From Ranitomeya imitator (lineage: Eukaryota), in contig NC_091284.1 in NCBI RefSeq assembly GCF_032444005.1, positions 619,628,001 through 619,692,000 of the forward strand: a stretch of 64,000 nt of DNA. The letters run 5' to 3'. Shown here in pieces: positions 1 to 13,756 of the stretch. The notes under the pieces are model-generated. The model saw only the letters and a program-made list of their open reading frames with translations, searched no databases and was not told the origin of the DNA. Made by a program: the position numbers and the translations under genes. How positions within the stretch are numbered: the stretch's first letter is position 1; every line of letters begins with the position of its first letter.

Positions 1-618
1 CTAGATTCCCTGGGATCTAACACCGCCAGTTGGTGCTCGGAAGTGATGGCTTCACAGAGAAAAACACTCGCCACTGGGTCAGTGGGGTTCAGTAATGTCA
101 GCTGTTCCCCTGCTGTGTAGCCGGCAATGTGTCCTGCGACCACCATGCTGACACAGCAACAGATATTAAAGGGAACCTGTCCCCCCCAAGGTGTTTGCAA
201 CTAAAAGAGCCACCTTGTGTGGCACTAATGCTGCACAAGGAAAAGGTGCTTCTTTTCATTATGCTCCTTGCACACGCTGAAGTTAACACTTATAAAATGT
301 GTCCTCTTATACCCTGAAACCATCCTGGAGGTGTCGCACAAGGTGGCACTTTTAGTTACAAACGCCTTGGGGGGGACAGGATCCCTTTTACATATGTTGT
401 TGTGTCAGCATTTTGGTCGCAGGACACATTGCCGGCTACACAGCATTAGTGCCGCACAAAGAGGCTCTTTTAGTTGCAAACACCTTTGGGGGTTAAAGGT
501 TCCATTCAACAGGCTCCAATTAGGCCTCAAACTATACTCTGCTTCTCCTGGATTCCCTAGGCTCCAACACCGCCAGTTGCTGCTCAGAAGTGTCTTTGTC
601 AGGGGTAGACCCTCCCAC

Positions 619-1135
619 CCATCCTGGTTCCAGTACCGTCAACTGGTTTCAGGCAGAGCCTTTGGCTTAGGTGCCTCCTTCTGGATATCCAAGTTCCACC
701 AACGTCAGGTGGTCCTTGGTAGTGCTTTCTGGCATGGGTACCTCCTGCTTAGTAACCAGGTTCCAGTACCGTCAGCTAGTCCTCGGTAGTTCCATTGGCT
801 CTTGTACCTTCGGCCAGCCACCTGGGTTCCAGTACTGTCAGCTGGCTCTTGGCAGGGTCTTTTACTCTTGTACCTTCTGCTCCCCATCCTGGTTCCAGTA
901 CCGTCAGCTGGTTCCGGGCAGAGCCTTTGGTTTAGGTGCCTCCTTCTGGGTATCCGAGTTCCAGCAACGTCAGGTGGTCCTTGGTAGTGCTTTCTGGCAT
1001 GTGTACCTCCTGCTTAGTAACCGGGTTCCAGTAACATCAGCTGGTCGTCGGTAGTTCCATTGGCTCTTGTACCTTCGGCTAGCCATCCGGGTTCCAGTAC
1101 CATCAGCTGGTTCTCAGCTCTTGTACCTTTTGCTA
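619..1135. repeat. Degenerate tandem repeat (GGTTCCAGTACCGTCAGCTGG-like subunits, ~265-bp higher-order duplication), probably internal to a non-autonomous DNA transposon
   Basis: CCATCCTGGTTCCAGTACCGTCA at 619 and 884, followed by parallel sequence; the core motif recurs many times. Confidence 0.6.
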
Positions 1136-1164
1136 CATTTCCAAGTTCAACACCCTAAAGATGA

Positions 1165-1680
1165 CGACCCTGAAGACCAAGAAGCAGAAGAACAAGAAGC
1201 TGCAGAACAAAAAGCAGAAGAAAATTAAGCATAAGACTAAAAATCAGAGCAAAAGATATCTAAATTATAAGCAGAAGAAGACTAAGCAGTGTATTGGTGT
1301 GAGTCCGTTCCTCCTTGTGGTGCCCCTGAAAATAAGCTGCTGCTGCAGGCCAAACTGAACGCGGACAAATCCTGTTATAAATCTTTTGTGACAGGCAGAA
1401 CAGAAGGTGTAATCTTCAAACTTTTATAGATAACTTCATGAAGGCCTGGCTGTCACAAATAAGAATATGATGAAGAAGAAGATGAAGAAGCTGATTATGA
1501 AGAAGAGTAATAGTTGAATAAAAAGAATATAAAAAAAAATAATATGAAGAAGGTGAAGAAGATGAATAAGGTGAAGAAGTTGATGGAAAAGATGATGCTG
1601 CTGAGGATGATGAAGAAGAAAGTATGGGAGAAGTTAAAAAGAAGGTGAACAGCATGGAAGTAGTGAAACATAAATATCTG
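1165..1680. repeat. Purine-rich low-complexity tract (GAA/GAT-rich)
   Basis: Runs of gaagaa/gatgaa; ORFs over it are compositionally biased. Confidence 0.6.
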
Positions 1681-1884
1681 ACTAAATATAAAAAATCGTA
1701 ACATAGTCAATAGCTTTATAACTCCGAATGTCTACAAAAAAAAACAAACAATTCCTGCTATTCCATTTGATTGGGCTAAACCTATATGTTTTTATTGTCT
1801 CCTCCACCTACATTATTCTTAGTTGTTTTCCTTCATGTAGAATTAACCTACAAGGAAAGAAAGGGTTTATTTTAATTACGATAT

Positions 1885-1990
1885 TTTGGTCCCATTGACT
1901 TGCATTGGTATCGGGTATCGGTATAGGCGATATCCGATATTTTTTAAATATCGGCCGATCCAATCCGATACCGATACTTTTGGATATCGG
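1885..1990. mobile_element. Terminus of a non-autonomous DNA transposon/MITE (…CTCAACACTA end, GATACCGATA subrepeats)
   Basis: ATCGG/CCGAT palindromic subrepeats ending TCACTCAACACTA; a related end CACTCAACTCTA lies near 2970. Confidence 0.35.
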
Positions 1991-2789
1991 AAGGTATCAC
2001 TCAACACTAAATACCGCCTGTTTAGTCCTGTTACCAATTTTGAACTGCATTTAGCCTACTTTATTATTTGGGCCTACTAACTGTGTCTGCCACTCATTAC
2101 AGTTTTCCTCCACTAAACAAAGCAATACCGCCTGTTTAGTCCTGTTACCAAATTTGACCTGCATTTAGCCTGCTTTATTATTTGGGCCTATATCTGTGTT
2201 TCCTCCTCATCCTGCCCATTGCCCAGCCACTGCTAGATGAGTCTGCTGGTACATTGACCCAGACCACTACATTCCCCTTGCACTCTACACAGCCAGAATC
2301 TGACCCTGCTGAAAGTCAGGTTCCCCTTCCCGCGCATACTATACCACCTTACACGGGGACAAAGAGGAAGGTGCAGATGAAAGTGCAGGTTCCTTCATCA
2401 GGTATGGGGGGCATACTCATTGGTGATGTCACTGGCACAGGGCCCCTCATACTACGCAAAAGTATCTCTGGCAGTGGGAGGCACCACCCGTCGTCAAACT
2501 AACCGCCATACTATGAGAGTTCCTGTGCCCATGCCAACGAGTGGGTCCCCCTGCTTGCTCAGGATAACAGCACTTGCAAAGTTGAAATACTTACCTCTCC
2601 CTGCTCCACCGCCGTGACGTATTCCGCGTTTCCTGGGCCCATGAGCCAGCCCTATCCCCCCACAACTTTAGCCAAATGACCCCCAGTTTTCAATACCTAA
2701 CTATTATTATAAGGTAAATTAAGATTGACAAGCTTAAGTAATAAGAATTGATGTCTTTGGCATTAAAATGGGCACTGTAGGTGTTTTCC

Positions 2790-2970
2790 TGTCCTCCACT
2801 CACTGCCGACTTTGCATTGGGTTTCCATTGACTTGCATTGGGTTTCGTGTTTCAGTCAGCCCCCGACTTTTCGCAACAATCGGCCGATTTAACCTGACCC
2901 GGCTTTTGACAAAGTCAGGTTTCAAGAAACCCAACTCGATCCGAAAAAAGTAAAAGCCACTCAACTCTAC
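2790..2970. mobile_element. Terminus of a related MITE (…CTCAACTCTA)
   Basis: Shares CCATTGACTTGCATTGG with the 1885-1990 element and has a similar terminal motif. Confidence 0.3.
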
Positions 2971-4944
2971 CATTAAAGTCAAGTAGCTTGATTTTGATTT
3001 TGGTACTTAAAGTTACCCTCCTCACAAGCACATGAAAGTGACTATACTGTACATCTGTAATGTATAGTCACTCTACTTGGTGTCAAACTTTTTCTTCACA
3101 CCGCCTATTCAGCTGAGACCAGCTTTCTATACTGTATTTATGATGACATGCCAATGCCAATGCCATAGAAATAAATGATATATATGAATAGTGCCTCCAA
3201 ACAGATTTAAAATATCCTAAAAGCAGCGACAGATTAAACATTTTTTGGCCTAGTTAAAAACTAATTTGACACTTTATATATTAAAAAAAAGGAAATGTTT
3301 AGGAAACCTAAAAGTATACTCCTTGTAATCTTTTGACACATTAGGTCACGAAAAAAGATAGGATCGCTCACTGAAGAGAGGAAGATTCACTTATCTCTTC
3401 AGCAGGAAAAGGTAGTGTCAAAATCACTGCAGCCTCCCTGGGCATCTACCAATGTACATATACCTTGCTTACTGCATTGACAGGGAGGCAGAAATTTGCA
3501 AATAATCAGTAGTGATTAGTGGGATCAATAATCTCAGGAAAACAACAGCCCTATGACTAGTCACCAACTATACTTCCCTATACAACAGATGTTTTGCACT
3601 TACCCTATATTAATTTGCTATATTTTCCTTTATCACTAGTGATAAACATCCATTGTTGTGTCTATTATGTGTTTTAATCTAGTCACCAACGAGTCAGGCT
3701 ATCACCACCAAATTAATGGGTGGACCCATTGATGTTTGGGTCCGGCGGGTTCTGCTGAGCATCTAAAAAAAGTTTGGTTCAGGTACCCAAAAGAAACCCA
3801 AACTTAAATCTGAACCCAGATGCTCTTTAGCTGAATGAGGGGCCTGAACATCCGTTGTTTGCCACGCTGTCATCTGCATAACAGAGCGTAAAACATAGGC
3901 TTTGATCGGCGGTAAGATTATGACTCCCTTCAGCGACAGGCAGTCGTAGGTTGATGGGAGTAGTACTGTCTGATCAGCTGATGCTTGCGACCTATGGTAA
4001 ACTTTTTTCCACCTGTCACAGCAGCTGGTACATGCTGTCATCTGACAGCATGAGAACCACAGCTCTCTGATCTGCGGTAATAATCTTACTGCTGATCAGA
4101 GCTGCCGATGTTTCTCGTGCAGATCACAGAGTGGGAAGCACTTGATGTTCGGGATGCTTAACCTGAACAGTACTATGGACTTCCTGAAGAAGTCCATGTT
4201 CTGGGTCTGTGCCCGAACTCTAGGTGTTCATTGGAGACCTCAAACTTTTCTGTTTGGGTTTGCTTATCTCTAATCTCTGCACAATAAATGAGCTTGATAG
4301 GTAGGCTTAGTCTCTAAGTACAAGATGATGTGACCTGAGAAAGCTCTCATGTTCCTTTTAAAGAGTACTTCATTGATTTAGAGTCAGCTGTATTATTTTG
4401 TGCATTTAAAGTGCAATCATCATTGCAAATATTCATAATTGTAGTAATCTTCTATATATTTGCTTTATGTAAATGAGGCTTTCAATGACCGCTTCACATT
4501 TGTTTGTTCTGCTGGAGCCAAGCTTTTGCTTAAAAGAATCCATCACACTAGCAGTATTTGGTTAGTATTTTACATCAGTATTTGAAAGCCAAAACCAGGA
4601 GTGGACCAAACAGAGGAAAAGTAGAATAGAAACACTTCACCACTTCTGCATTTATCATCCACTCCTGGTTTTGGCTTACAAATACTGATGTAAAATACTG
4701 AACAAATACTGCTAGTGTAACGGCAGCCTAAGAGATAGCATATTGAGTAGAAATAATTTAGAGGCACACAATCCACTTAAGAATGAGTAATAAACACGTC
4801 AGTGCAGGGCATGAACCTGTGACGTAGGACGCCGACCTCGCAGCTTCCGGTCACTGCGGCTCCAGGAGAAGCGCCATTACAGCCACAGTGCTTCAACACC
4901 ACACATTGGGTATAAAAACAGGACCCCTAGACCCCTACACTAAT

Positions 4945-4987
4945 GCCCCCCGAGGAAGCTATTGTGCAAAACGCGCGACGAGGCTTC
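4945..4987 (+). ncRNA. Degenerate PLE-type hammerhead ribozyme relic in an AT-rich PLE 3'UTR-like remnant
   Basis: GCCCC-CCGAGGA-AG-CTATTGTGC-AAAAC-GCGC-GAC-GAGGC aligns to CUGANGA…GAAAC-GCGC-GUC with three core substitutions. Confidence 0.4.
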
Positions 4988-6933
4988 CTCTTCCACATAC
5001 TATTACAGGTTGGTGTTTAGATATCATGATAATTATTTATGCAGCCTCTTTATACTATATGGAATTTCCCCTGTATATACTTGTCTGTATGTGGCCCTTT
5101 GTATTTTCCTATTTATGAACCTCCCCTTATATTAAGCCTTGCTACCATGAGCCTTGCTTCTATGTGAAATCTATTTCGTGTGAAGCCTTGTTATGTCCAA
5201 TATTGATTATTATGGTCTTTTCACACGCTTGGCAGTCTATTTATGGATATTACATATTTAAGTGCATATAATTTCCATTTTCATGTGACTTCCTATGATA
5301 GGAGCAACGTACATCCCTCTTTTTTAGCTTATTAGCTTATTTATCTAATAACTGTATGGCTATGAGTACGTGGCACTAGTGTATAGCCTCTCCTTGTCTT
5401 TTTGCATCCTATTATTATTTTTTGTTAGTATTGTTCCTCAATAATAATACGTTTTCTTTAATAAATATTTAATTTTAGCTCTAGTGTCCATTTTTCTTTT
5501 CGTTCTTGTATGTATATTATGGCGGAGCATTTATGATATTTGCCCTAAAAGAGTCGGTTTATTAGTAATAATTAAATAGACCAAACAGGTGACAATAGAT
5601 TACATAATAAACTTGCATGACAAAATAAATGACAATAAAAATATAACAATGTTTTTACTTTTTATAACGATTTTCTATGAATTGCCTATTTTACAGAAAC
5701 ATAGGAAAAAAATTTAACACTTGTCTATGAAATGTTAGTGAAAAACAAATGTTGTAAGGAGTAAACTGCATCAAACTTCTTAAAGTAATTTGCATCAAAT
5801 TGTCACCGAAATTTGTGTTATTTTGACTTTAGAATTAATAAATATGTTGGAAAGTTTGAGACCATTCCTGCTTATGCCTACTTTTCTCAGCTTTTTACAA
5901 AATTTGTAAATGCTGTTAAAAAAGCCATCAATTTTATAGACAAATTGGATTTCATGCTTTATACTGAGGAGGGACAGCACCCCAAAACATGTGTCTGTAA
6001 ACTGAAATTAGCCCAAGTCATATGGCAAGGCTCGTTAAAGGGTCGATGTTGACTTTTAGAATGGTTACTTCTAAATGGGTGGAACTAGAGTTCCAGTCCT
6101 CATCTACTCTGGAGAGGCAATTTGCAGTTTTATACAGTAGGTAAAACACTAAGCTTATTACTACAACTCTAAATCAATGTGCAAGCTGTTTAATTAAACA
6201 GTCAGATATGGCTGTTATTGCTATAACTTTCAGTGGCAAACCTTAAATTTTGCCATACTGGGTATTTCTGTCTATTGAAAAGTAAGGCTTGAACATTGAA
6301 AACAAGAAAAAGGATACTCAATCAGTGGACACACAGAGAACTAGATCAAGTGTAATTACAAAATGCAACAATGATCCCTTTAACCTGTCCTTGCTCAAAA
6401 CGTGACTGTGAGCAATATGTCTTTTTAACCAAAACAAGAGCGTAAAAAATTAAAGTATTGATATTTCACAAACTTTAGTATAAGTACTTCAAAAAAGTAG
6501 CTCACTTTTACTTCTTCGTAGTTCTTAGGATTTACTCCTGCTTTTACACAGTATAAGGGTATTAGATGCAGTTTATTTGGGACAGACTTAAACTCTGAGT
6601 GTATTGTCTCTAAATGATTTTCTTTTTCTCATTCTATGGTGTCAGATTGATGATTCTGATAGATAAATGCAAGTAGTTAGCTTGTATAGAAAACATTTAT
6701 TTCCACCATGGAATTGTATTTTTTTTTAGTCAGTCTTGATTTGTGATTCAAATTTGAACAGCAATTTTTTTTTTAAATTCCACAGTGTCAAGATTGCCAT
6801 CTTCTCTTTTATGCAATACTTATTGTAAATTTCTGGAATTAAACAGAGGCAATAATGGAAACATTGCAGTAATATTAGTAATGTAACACCTAGCCTCTAA
6901 ATTAAGATGCTACAAAAACATACCTGCAGAAAC

Positions 6934-7650
6934 TATTATTATTATTTATTATTATGGAGTCATTTATTCCATGGCGCTTTGCATCTGATAAAGGATATAC
7001 ATAACAAAAGAAGTGCAATAATATTGAACAATATAAGTCGCTGACTGATACAGGAGGAGAGAGGACCCTACCCATGAGGGATTACAGTCTATAGGGATGG
7101 GTGAGGATACAGTAGGTGAGGGTAAAGGTGGTCGTGCATCAGTATAGTGGAATGAGGGTTACTGCAGGTTGTAGGCTAGAAGGAAGTGGTAGAACTTCAG
7201 GATCCTTTTGAAGGTTTCCACAGTAGGCAAGAGTCTGATATGTTGATGTAAAGAGTTCCAGAGTAGGCGGGATGCACAAGAAAAATCTTGTATGCAATTG
7301 TTGTAAGAGGAGATAAGAGGGGAGTAGAGAAGGAGATCATATGAGGATCAGAGGTTGTGTTCAGGTAAATCCCGTGAGACTAGGTCACAGATGTATGAAG
7401 AAAACAGGTTATGTATGGTTTTGCATGCCATGGTTAGGGTTTGGAACTGGAGTCTCTGGGCAATGGGGAGCCAGTGAAGGTATTGACAGAGAGGAGAGGC
7501 CATTGAATAGTGAGAGGACCGGTGGATTAGCCAGGCAGCAGAGTTTAAGATAGATTCGAGGGGTGTGAGATGATAAAAGGGAGGTCACCGAGCAGGAGGT
7601 TGCAATAATCGGAGCGGGAAATGATGAGGGTATGCACTAGTGTTTTTGTA
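6934..7650 (-). mobile_element. L2/CR1-like LINE 3' fragment
   Basis: (ATT)n tail, then TTTATT…GCGCTTT and a purine-rich body resembling the antisense strand of L2-like 3' ends; no intact ORF. Confidence 0.45.
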
Positions 7651-8254
7651 GATTCTTGATTAACAAATGCATTTTGTTATAGCTAGTAATGTGTGGAATA
7701 ATGTAATCTAGGTGTTAAGCAATGCTACAAGTAATTCAGAAAGTCATGAAAGCTGAGGCTATCTACTATTGCTTCAAAATGTACTCAATAAAAATGCATG
7801 CCATCTGACAGGAGATAATTGCTAACATAGGAATGTTTGACCAAAAGAGCTTTTCTGAAAGCTTAATATCCATGTGCAATTTGTGGAGAAGAAAAATAAT
7901 ATAACCGGTCCCAGAGAAACCAAAAAGATCATGTTAAGAATTCAGAGTCATGAAGGCAAATAAATGAGCTTATTAGCTCCACTGCATTGAACAAACAGTC
8001 ATCTTCAATGATCAATATTTGACAATTGAACTACACAAGATCTCTGCACAGGTCAAATAATGATATAGGATCAACATTTTAGATATAAAGAAAGTGTTCC
8101 TCAGGCAAGTAATATCACCTGTCTCTTTTTATATCTCAGCGTTAACGATTCTTGTAAAAATACCATGTGTTTGCCTGGCATCTTATTTTAAATACATTTA
8201 CTCTCAATAGCAAGTAAAAAAATGTAATCAAGACCATGTAAAGTTAGTAGTCTT

Positions 8255-9390
8255 AGGCCATGTTCACACAGTGCGTTTTTTACTGCGGAACCGCAGCGGT
8301 TTTGCCGCTGCGGTTCCGCAGCTGTTTTCCATGCAGGGTACATAACAATGTAACCCTATGGAAAACAGTCACTGCTGTGCACATGATCCGTAATTTCGTT
8401 TAAAAAGCCGCGCAGAATAGCTGCGGCAAAAAAGAAGGAGCATGTCACTTCTTTTTCCTGAACCGCAGCGGTTCTGCACCCATAGACCTCCATTGTGAGG
8501 TCAAAATCGCAGTAAAACCCGCAGATCAAAAATATATCTGCGGGTTTTACTGCGATTTGATGTGCAGAACCGCTGCAGCAGGAAGTGCGGGGGAGCGGGC
8601 GGAAGTGCGTGGGCGGAGTGTGGCTGCCCCCCCGTGCTCCGATCCCGCCCCCCCGTGCTCCAATGCCCCCCCCGTGCTCCGATGCCCCCCTCAGTGCTCC
8701 GATGCCCCCCCCGTGCCCTAATCTCCCCCCCTTATACTTACCCGGCGTCCCGGTGTCCGTCCGGCCGTCTTCTCCCTGGGCGCCGCCATCTTGCAAAATG
8801 GCGGGCGCATGCGCAGTGCGCCCGCCGAATCTGCCGGCCGGCAGATTCGCTCCAAAGTGCATTTTGATCACTGAGATATAACCTATCTCAGTGATCAAAA
8901 TAAAAAAATAGTAAATGACACCCCCCCCCACTTTGTCACCCCCATTGNNNNNNNNNNNNNNNNNNNNNNNNNNNNNNNNNNNNNNNNNNNNNNNNNNNNN
9001 NNNNNNNNNNNNNNNNNNNNNNNNNNNNNNNNNNNNNNNNNNNNNNNNNNNNNNNNNNNNNNNNNNNNNNNNNNNNNNNNNNNNNNNNNNNNNNNNNNNN
9101 NNNNNNNNNNNNNNNNNNNNNNNNNNNNNNNNNNNNNNNNNNNNNNNNNNNNNNNNNNNNNNNNNNNNNNNNNNNNNNNNNTTAGCCCTAAAAAGCTTCC
9201 TAGGAAACACACAGTCTCTGCATAGAAAACTGCATAAAAAAAGGATAAAAAAACGCATCATAAAACGCATCAAAAAAGGACAAAAAAAGGACCAAAAAAA
9301 GGACCTGCGTTTTCTGCCAAGAGCTGCAGTTTTTTAAAAAAACTGTCCTGAAAAAAAAAGGATGGAAATCCTGAACGTGTGAACATACCC
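8255..9390. mobile_element. MITE-like element(s) with GGCCATGTTCACAC…GTGTGAACATACCC termini (Harbinger-like), spanning an assembly gap
   Basis: Imperfect TIRs flanked by TTA/TAA; internal palindrome TTTTGATCACTGAGAT…ATCTCAGTGATCAAAA near 8863-8900; N-run 8948-9181, so possibly composite. Confidence 0.45.
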
Positions 9391-10200
9391 TAAAGGTTGT
9401 GCTATAGCATGTTTGATGGTCATCTTCTGTACCAAAGTGTGAATCATTTTATAATAGCACCAGTAAATCTTGACAAACAGGAAATATGATGATTTGTTTC
9501 ATTTTTTCTGCAAAAATGAATGAAAATGTCAGAATTTAGATTCAATAGATTTTTATATGCCAATCCTGTATTTTTAATTAAAGTGTAGTGCAATTTTTCT
9601 GTGAAAAAAACAGGTATTTTCCACTGTTTTGTGATATATATGTCTATACATTTTATTTTACAAATAAGATAAATAAATCCAATATAACTGGATATCAGCT
9701 TATCCTGTATGTTGATAAATTAATTAGCAAGTAGCCGTCACTGACATTTTCTGGAAGGCTATATCTGGCCTTTGTACATCTTCATTAGCAGAGAGGTGTA
9801 ACTAAATAAATAGAGAGGTAATTGCCCTCAAGCTATGCTGAACTTTCCGGTTCAGACCTCTTATGGCACAAGTGGAAATGCAATACTTTCCATGTCATAT
9901 TTATAATATCCAAGGTAAAAGCTATCCATGGTTCTTTGGTTATGTGCCTGCAACGAGTATGTATTTTTACCTTGGTGAACCACAAAAATGTATATCAACC
10001 CTTATTATGGATATATCATGGTCATATTTGATGTGTCCAAGATGGTGAAAGTATGCTCGGAAATATAGTGGTCATGTTATTACATAAGGAGGTTCCTGAG
10101 GGAAAATATGACATGATTTTCATCTTTCCATGCATACAACTTGCCTACTCTCATATGACAAGGCGAAAGGGTGAGGGGTGTGAATGAGACTCTTTATAAC

Positions 10201-11280
10201 ATTGACGCACCCACCAGGGCCATGGGGTACCCAGAATTCCCAGTTCTATGGGTCAGGTCACAGGGCCGAGATCCGTTTCCATGGCCCTGGCCGAGTCAGA
10301 AAATGGAGAAAAATTATGTGGTGTTGGGTCGTGACGCCACCCATGGTGTTCAGCAATGGGGGGTCGATGCCGCGGTTTAGGTCCACTGGGGCTGATGGTG
10401 ACGCAGCAAAGATGGTTCAGCTCCCCACGGGTAAAGCGGGGCCCCAAGGCAAAAATATTTGATTGTTCAGATGGTGGTGAATGTTGGTGTGCAGAGATTA
10501 AGTGAAAGACAAAGAGAGGTGCAGTTTTCTTTACTTTTGACTTGAAAGTTAATGCAATCTGGGGTACCAATTACAGATGATAGATTGAGTCTGGCTTGCT
10601 TGGAGGCTTTCAGGGGATCCACCCTGCCAGTTGGGGATGGGGACTTTCCTTCTGCGCTCTCTTTTAGGGTCCATGCTGCTTGTAGCTAAACTGTGGCCTT
10701 CTACTGCGTGATGATTTTTAACCTGTATGGCAGACAGCGTGAGCCTATTTCACGGGCACTGTCCTTTTCACTGTCAGCCCCGGGCTCTTGGTCTGCTGCC
10801 ATGCCTTCAAGTGTTCGGTGTGGCCAGGGAACTTGCAGTCCCCTGCCCTCCAGACTTGGCTGTCAGGGCGTACAGCACCCGCCCAGCCAAGGACTCTGGC
10901 ATCCCTTTTTATCAGTGCTCCACTCTGGGGTCAGCTATACACAGTTTTTATTCACCTGAGCTCTTGTCTCTGCTCCTGTCCCGTCCCTCTCCACAGACCA
11001 AGTGCCAACTCTTCTCTTTCACTGTCCTGTCAGGAGCTCCAGCTGGCTCCCGTTTCCATGACAACTCCGCTGTTTACTCTCTCAGCTGACTTCTTTCTGA
11101 CTCACTCACCCCACCTATTGGTCAGAATTTATTAGGAAGCTCCCCTTTCTGGCATGGAGCAGGAATTGACATGTACACTGTGTTACCTGGCATGGGGACC
11201 TTCCTTCTTGTCTCCAGGCATGACATCACTCCTTAGAGGGAGGCAATGTCAACGTGACAACCTGACTCTGGGGTGCCACA
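10201..11280. mobile_element. Possible solo LTR
   Basis: GC-richer island starting near TGACGC and ending GGGGTGCCACA; no clear TSD. Confidence 0.3.
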
Positions 11281-12974
11281 TTATCTCCTCCAGAAAAACT
11301 CATTGATTAATGAGGGAGAACAGGAATAGTAGAATCCCAGTTTCAGTACAATCTCCTCTTTAGAGAACCTCTTACAGATCTATTCTTTACGGGCTTTCCT
11401 TTTTTATACCATTTGGTGTTACACTGTTTTTGACTTTTATATCTTTTTATTATTTCATCTTTTTATCATTTTTGTAAGCACTGTACTTTTTCATATTTTT
11501 GATCTAAAATGTAGTGAGTTTGTTCCTTGCTATTTTCAATGTATTCACAACCTAAAGAGGTAATGTATAGCTTGGTCATGTTACTTTGTGTATACCAGGT
11601 TGCAAGAAGAGTACCTATCAGGTGCTTGGGATAGCTGTCTGGTGTATGTGCTAATGGAGTACTCGGTGTAGGAGTAGGTGTAGGAGACCCACTGGCCTTG
11701 TAAAATGGCATGTGGTGCAGTGAAAAGTAGGGTGTGGATACCTGATAAGGCTGCGAGGTGCACTTTGCTAATTGTCAGCCTATTTCTATAGGCGAGTGGA
11801 CAAGTGAGTGAAAGCAGAGATCCCCTTTATAGTCACATCTGAATTACAACTGTAACAAGCAAACATTGTTTGTTTATATATATAAATATTGTGAGGTGCC
11901 AAGCGGAGAAGTACTAGAAAACAGATATGTTTCTCCCCGTTTCATTTCATACGTATCACGGTATTGATTGTGAAGCTGTTTATTTCACTGTAATCCGGTC
12001 CTGGTTTTCTTTAGTGATCAGCCTGAAAGGACTGGTGCTTCCCTTCCACACATTCAATCCAGCTTTTGACTCCTGTCTAATTCAGCTGATATAATCAGGA
12101 ACTGCTGGGATCTCAGTCTCTCATCTGCTGGTCTGGGAAGCTGACACAGTAAGGTTGCACAAACTTCTTTCTTGTTGTGTAGGTTTATTTTGCAGTTAGT
12201 ATCTTGTTGTTAGTTAGTGGCCAGACGGCCTTAGACATTTTATTTCATGTTTGGCACGTGTAACATTGTACGGCAAATGTGTACAATAAATACACCTGAC
12301 ACATACCTGTGTGGAACTCGCTAGCCTGCTATTGTTCGTTGTGACTCCATAGCCACCTGCTTGGGCCAAAGCAGAGATCCCTGATGAGCTATATTCCCAC
12401 AAATGGTTTTGAGAATGCGGGCATAGTGGCTGTTGGACTGTGACTGCAGATAAAGTGCTCTGTGCATGTCCTGGCTGAAAGCTCCGGTGCTTTTGAAGAG
12501 CCAAGAGTCCAGTAATATGGAGGAACTAGTGAAACAGTTATTGCAGGCAAATGTTCAACAATAGTAGGCTAGCGAGTTCCACACAGGTATGTGTCAGGTG
12601 TATTTATTGTACACATTTGCCGTACAATGTTACACGTTCCTCCCAACTTTTGACGAAGGCAAAGAGAGGTAAAGGTTGGGGCGCACGCAGCGAGCCGCAG
12701 CAAATTTTAGGCCACGTCACTGACCACACCCATTTCACAAGTAGCCACACCCATATCCACACCCAAAGCCACACCCATTTAGCACTGCTGATCACACTGT
12801 TTTCATAATCAATAATTATAAACAGAAAAAACTAAATTTACTTACAAGTAATGAAGTAAAGTACATGCTATGCCCCCACTACTCAGTTTCTATTCTGTGC
12901 CCACTCACTTTTCTCCCCCATACTGTCTCCTCACACTACTCCCCTCCCTCTTTACATATACGCTGTACACTATA

Positions 12975-13620
12975 TATAAAACTGCTACTCCCAGCATGCT
13001 AGGTCAGTAATCTGTGGTAAAGCTACTACTCCCAGCATGTTATGTTAGTAATCTTTTCTAAAGCTACTACTCCCAGCGTGCTAGGTCAGTAATCTGTGGT
13101 TAACCTAATACTCCCAGCATGCTGTGCTTGTAATCCATGATAAAACTTTTACTCCCAACATGCAGTGTCAGAAATCTGTGATAAATCTACTACTCATAGC
13201 ATGCTGTGTCAGTGATACATGATAAAACTACTACTCCCAGCATGGTAAAAACTACTGAGTAGTAGTTTTACCATGCTGGGAATAGTAGTTTTATTATGGA
13301 TTACAAGCATGGCATACTTGGAATAGTAGTTTTACTGCAGATTACTGACACTGCATGCTGGGAGTAGTAGTTTTACCACAGATAACTGACACTGCAACCC
13401 GGGAGTAGTTTTACCACAGATTACTGACACTGCATGCTGGGAGTAGTAAATTTATCACAGATTACTGACACTGCATGCTGGGAGTAGTAGATTTATCACA
13501 GATTACTAACACTGCATGCTGGGAGTAGTAGTTTTACTACAGATTACTGACACCGCATGCTAGGAGCGGTAGTTTTACCACAGATTACTGACACTGCATG
13601 CTGTGCTAGAAATCTGTGGT
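12975..13620. repeat. Fold-back minisatellite (~40-bp units CTACTACTCCCAGCATGC…TAATCTGTGGTAAA; left half direct, right half inverted)
   Basis: Units switch orientation at the central palindrome CCCAGCATGGTAAAACTACT-GAGT-AGTAGTTTTACCATGCTGGG (~13236-13280). Confidence 0.75.
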
Positions 13621-13756
13621 AAAATTACACTGATGTTTACACCACGTGACCCCGGACTTGTCCACACACCTCACTCCAGGTTTTAAGCTTCTTCATTTCA
13701 GGAGGGAGCGCAACTGGCTCCGGTTACTACACAGCACCCCCGTAACAGGGACAGAT

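Noticed and set aside
5813-6145. Protein-like short ORFs after AG acceptor-like sites (possible host exons)
   Set aside because: No recognisable homology, no convincing donor/acceptor chain, and several frames look equally plausible
8356-9337. ORFs of 105-305 aa
   Set aside because: They span the N gap and GC-rich MITE repeats
9822-10048. Two short ORFs with mixed composition
   Set aside because: No motif or splice support
12383-12485. CTGATGAG…GAAAG hammerhead-like words
   Set aside because: No pairing stems I-III at suitable spacing
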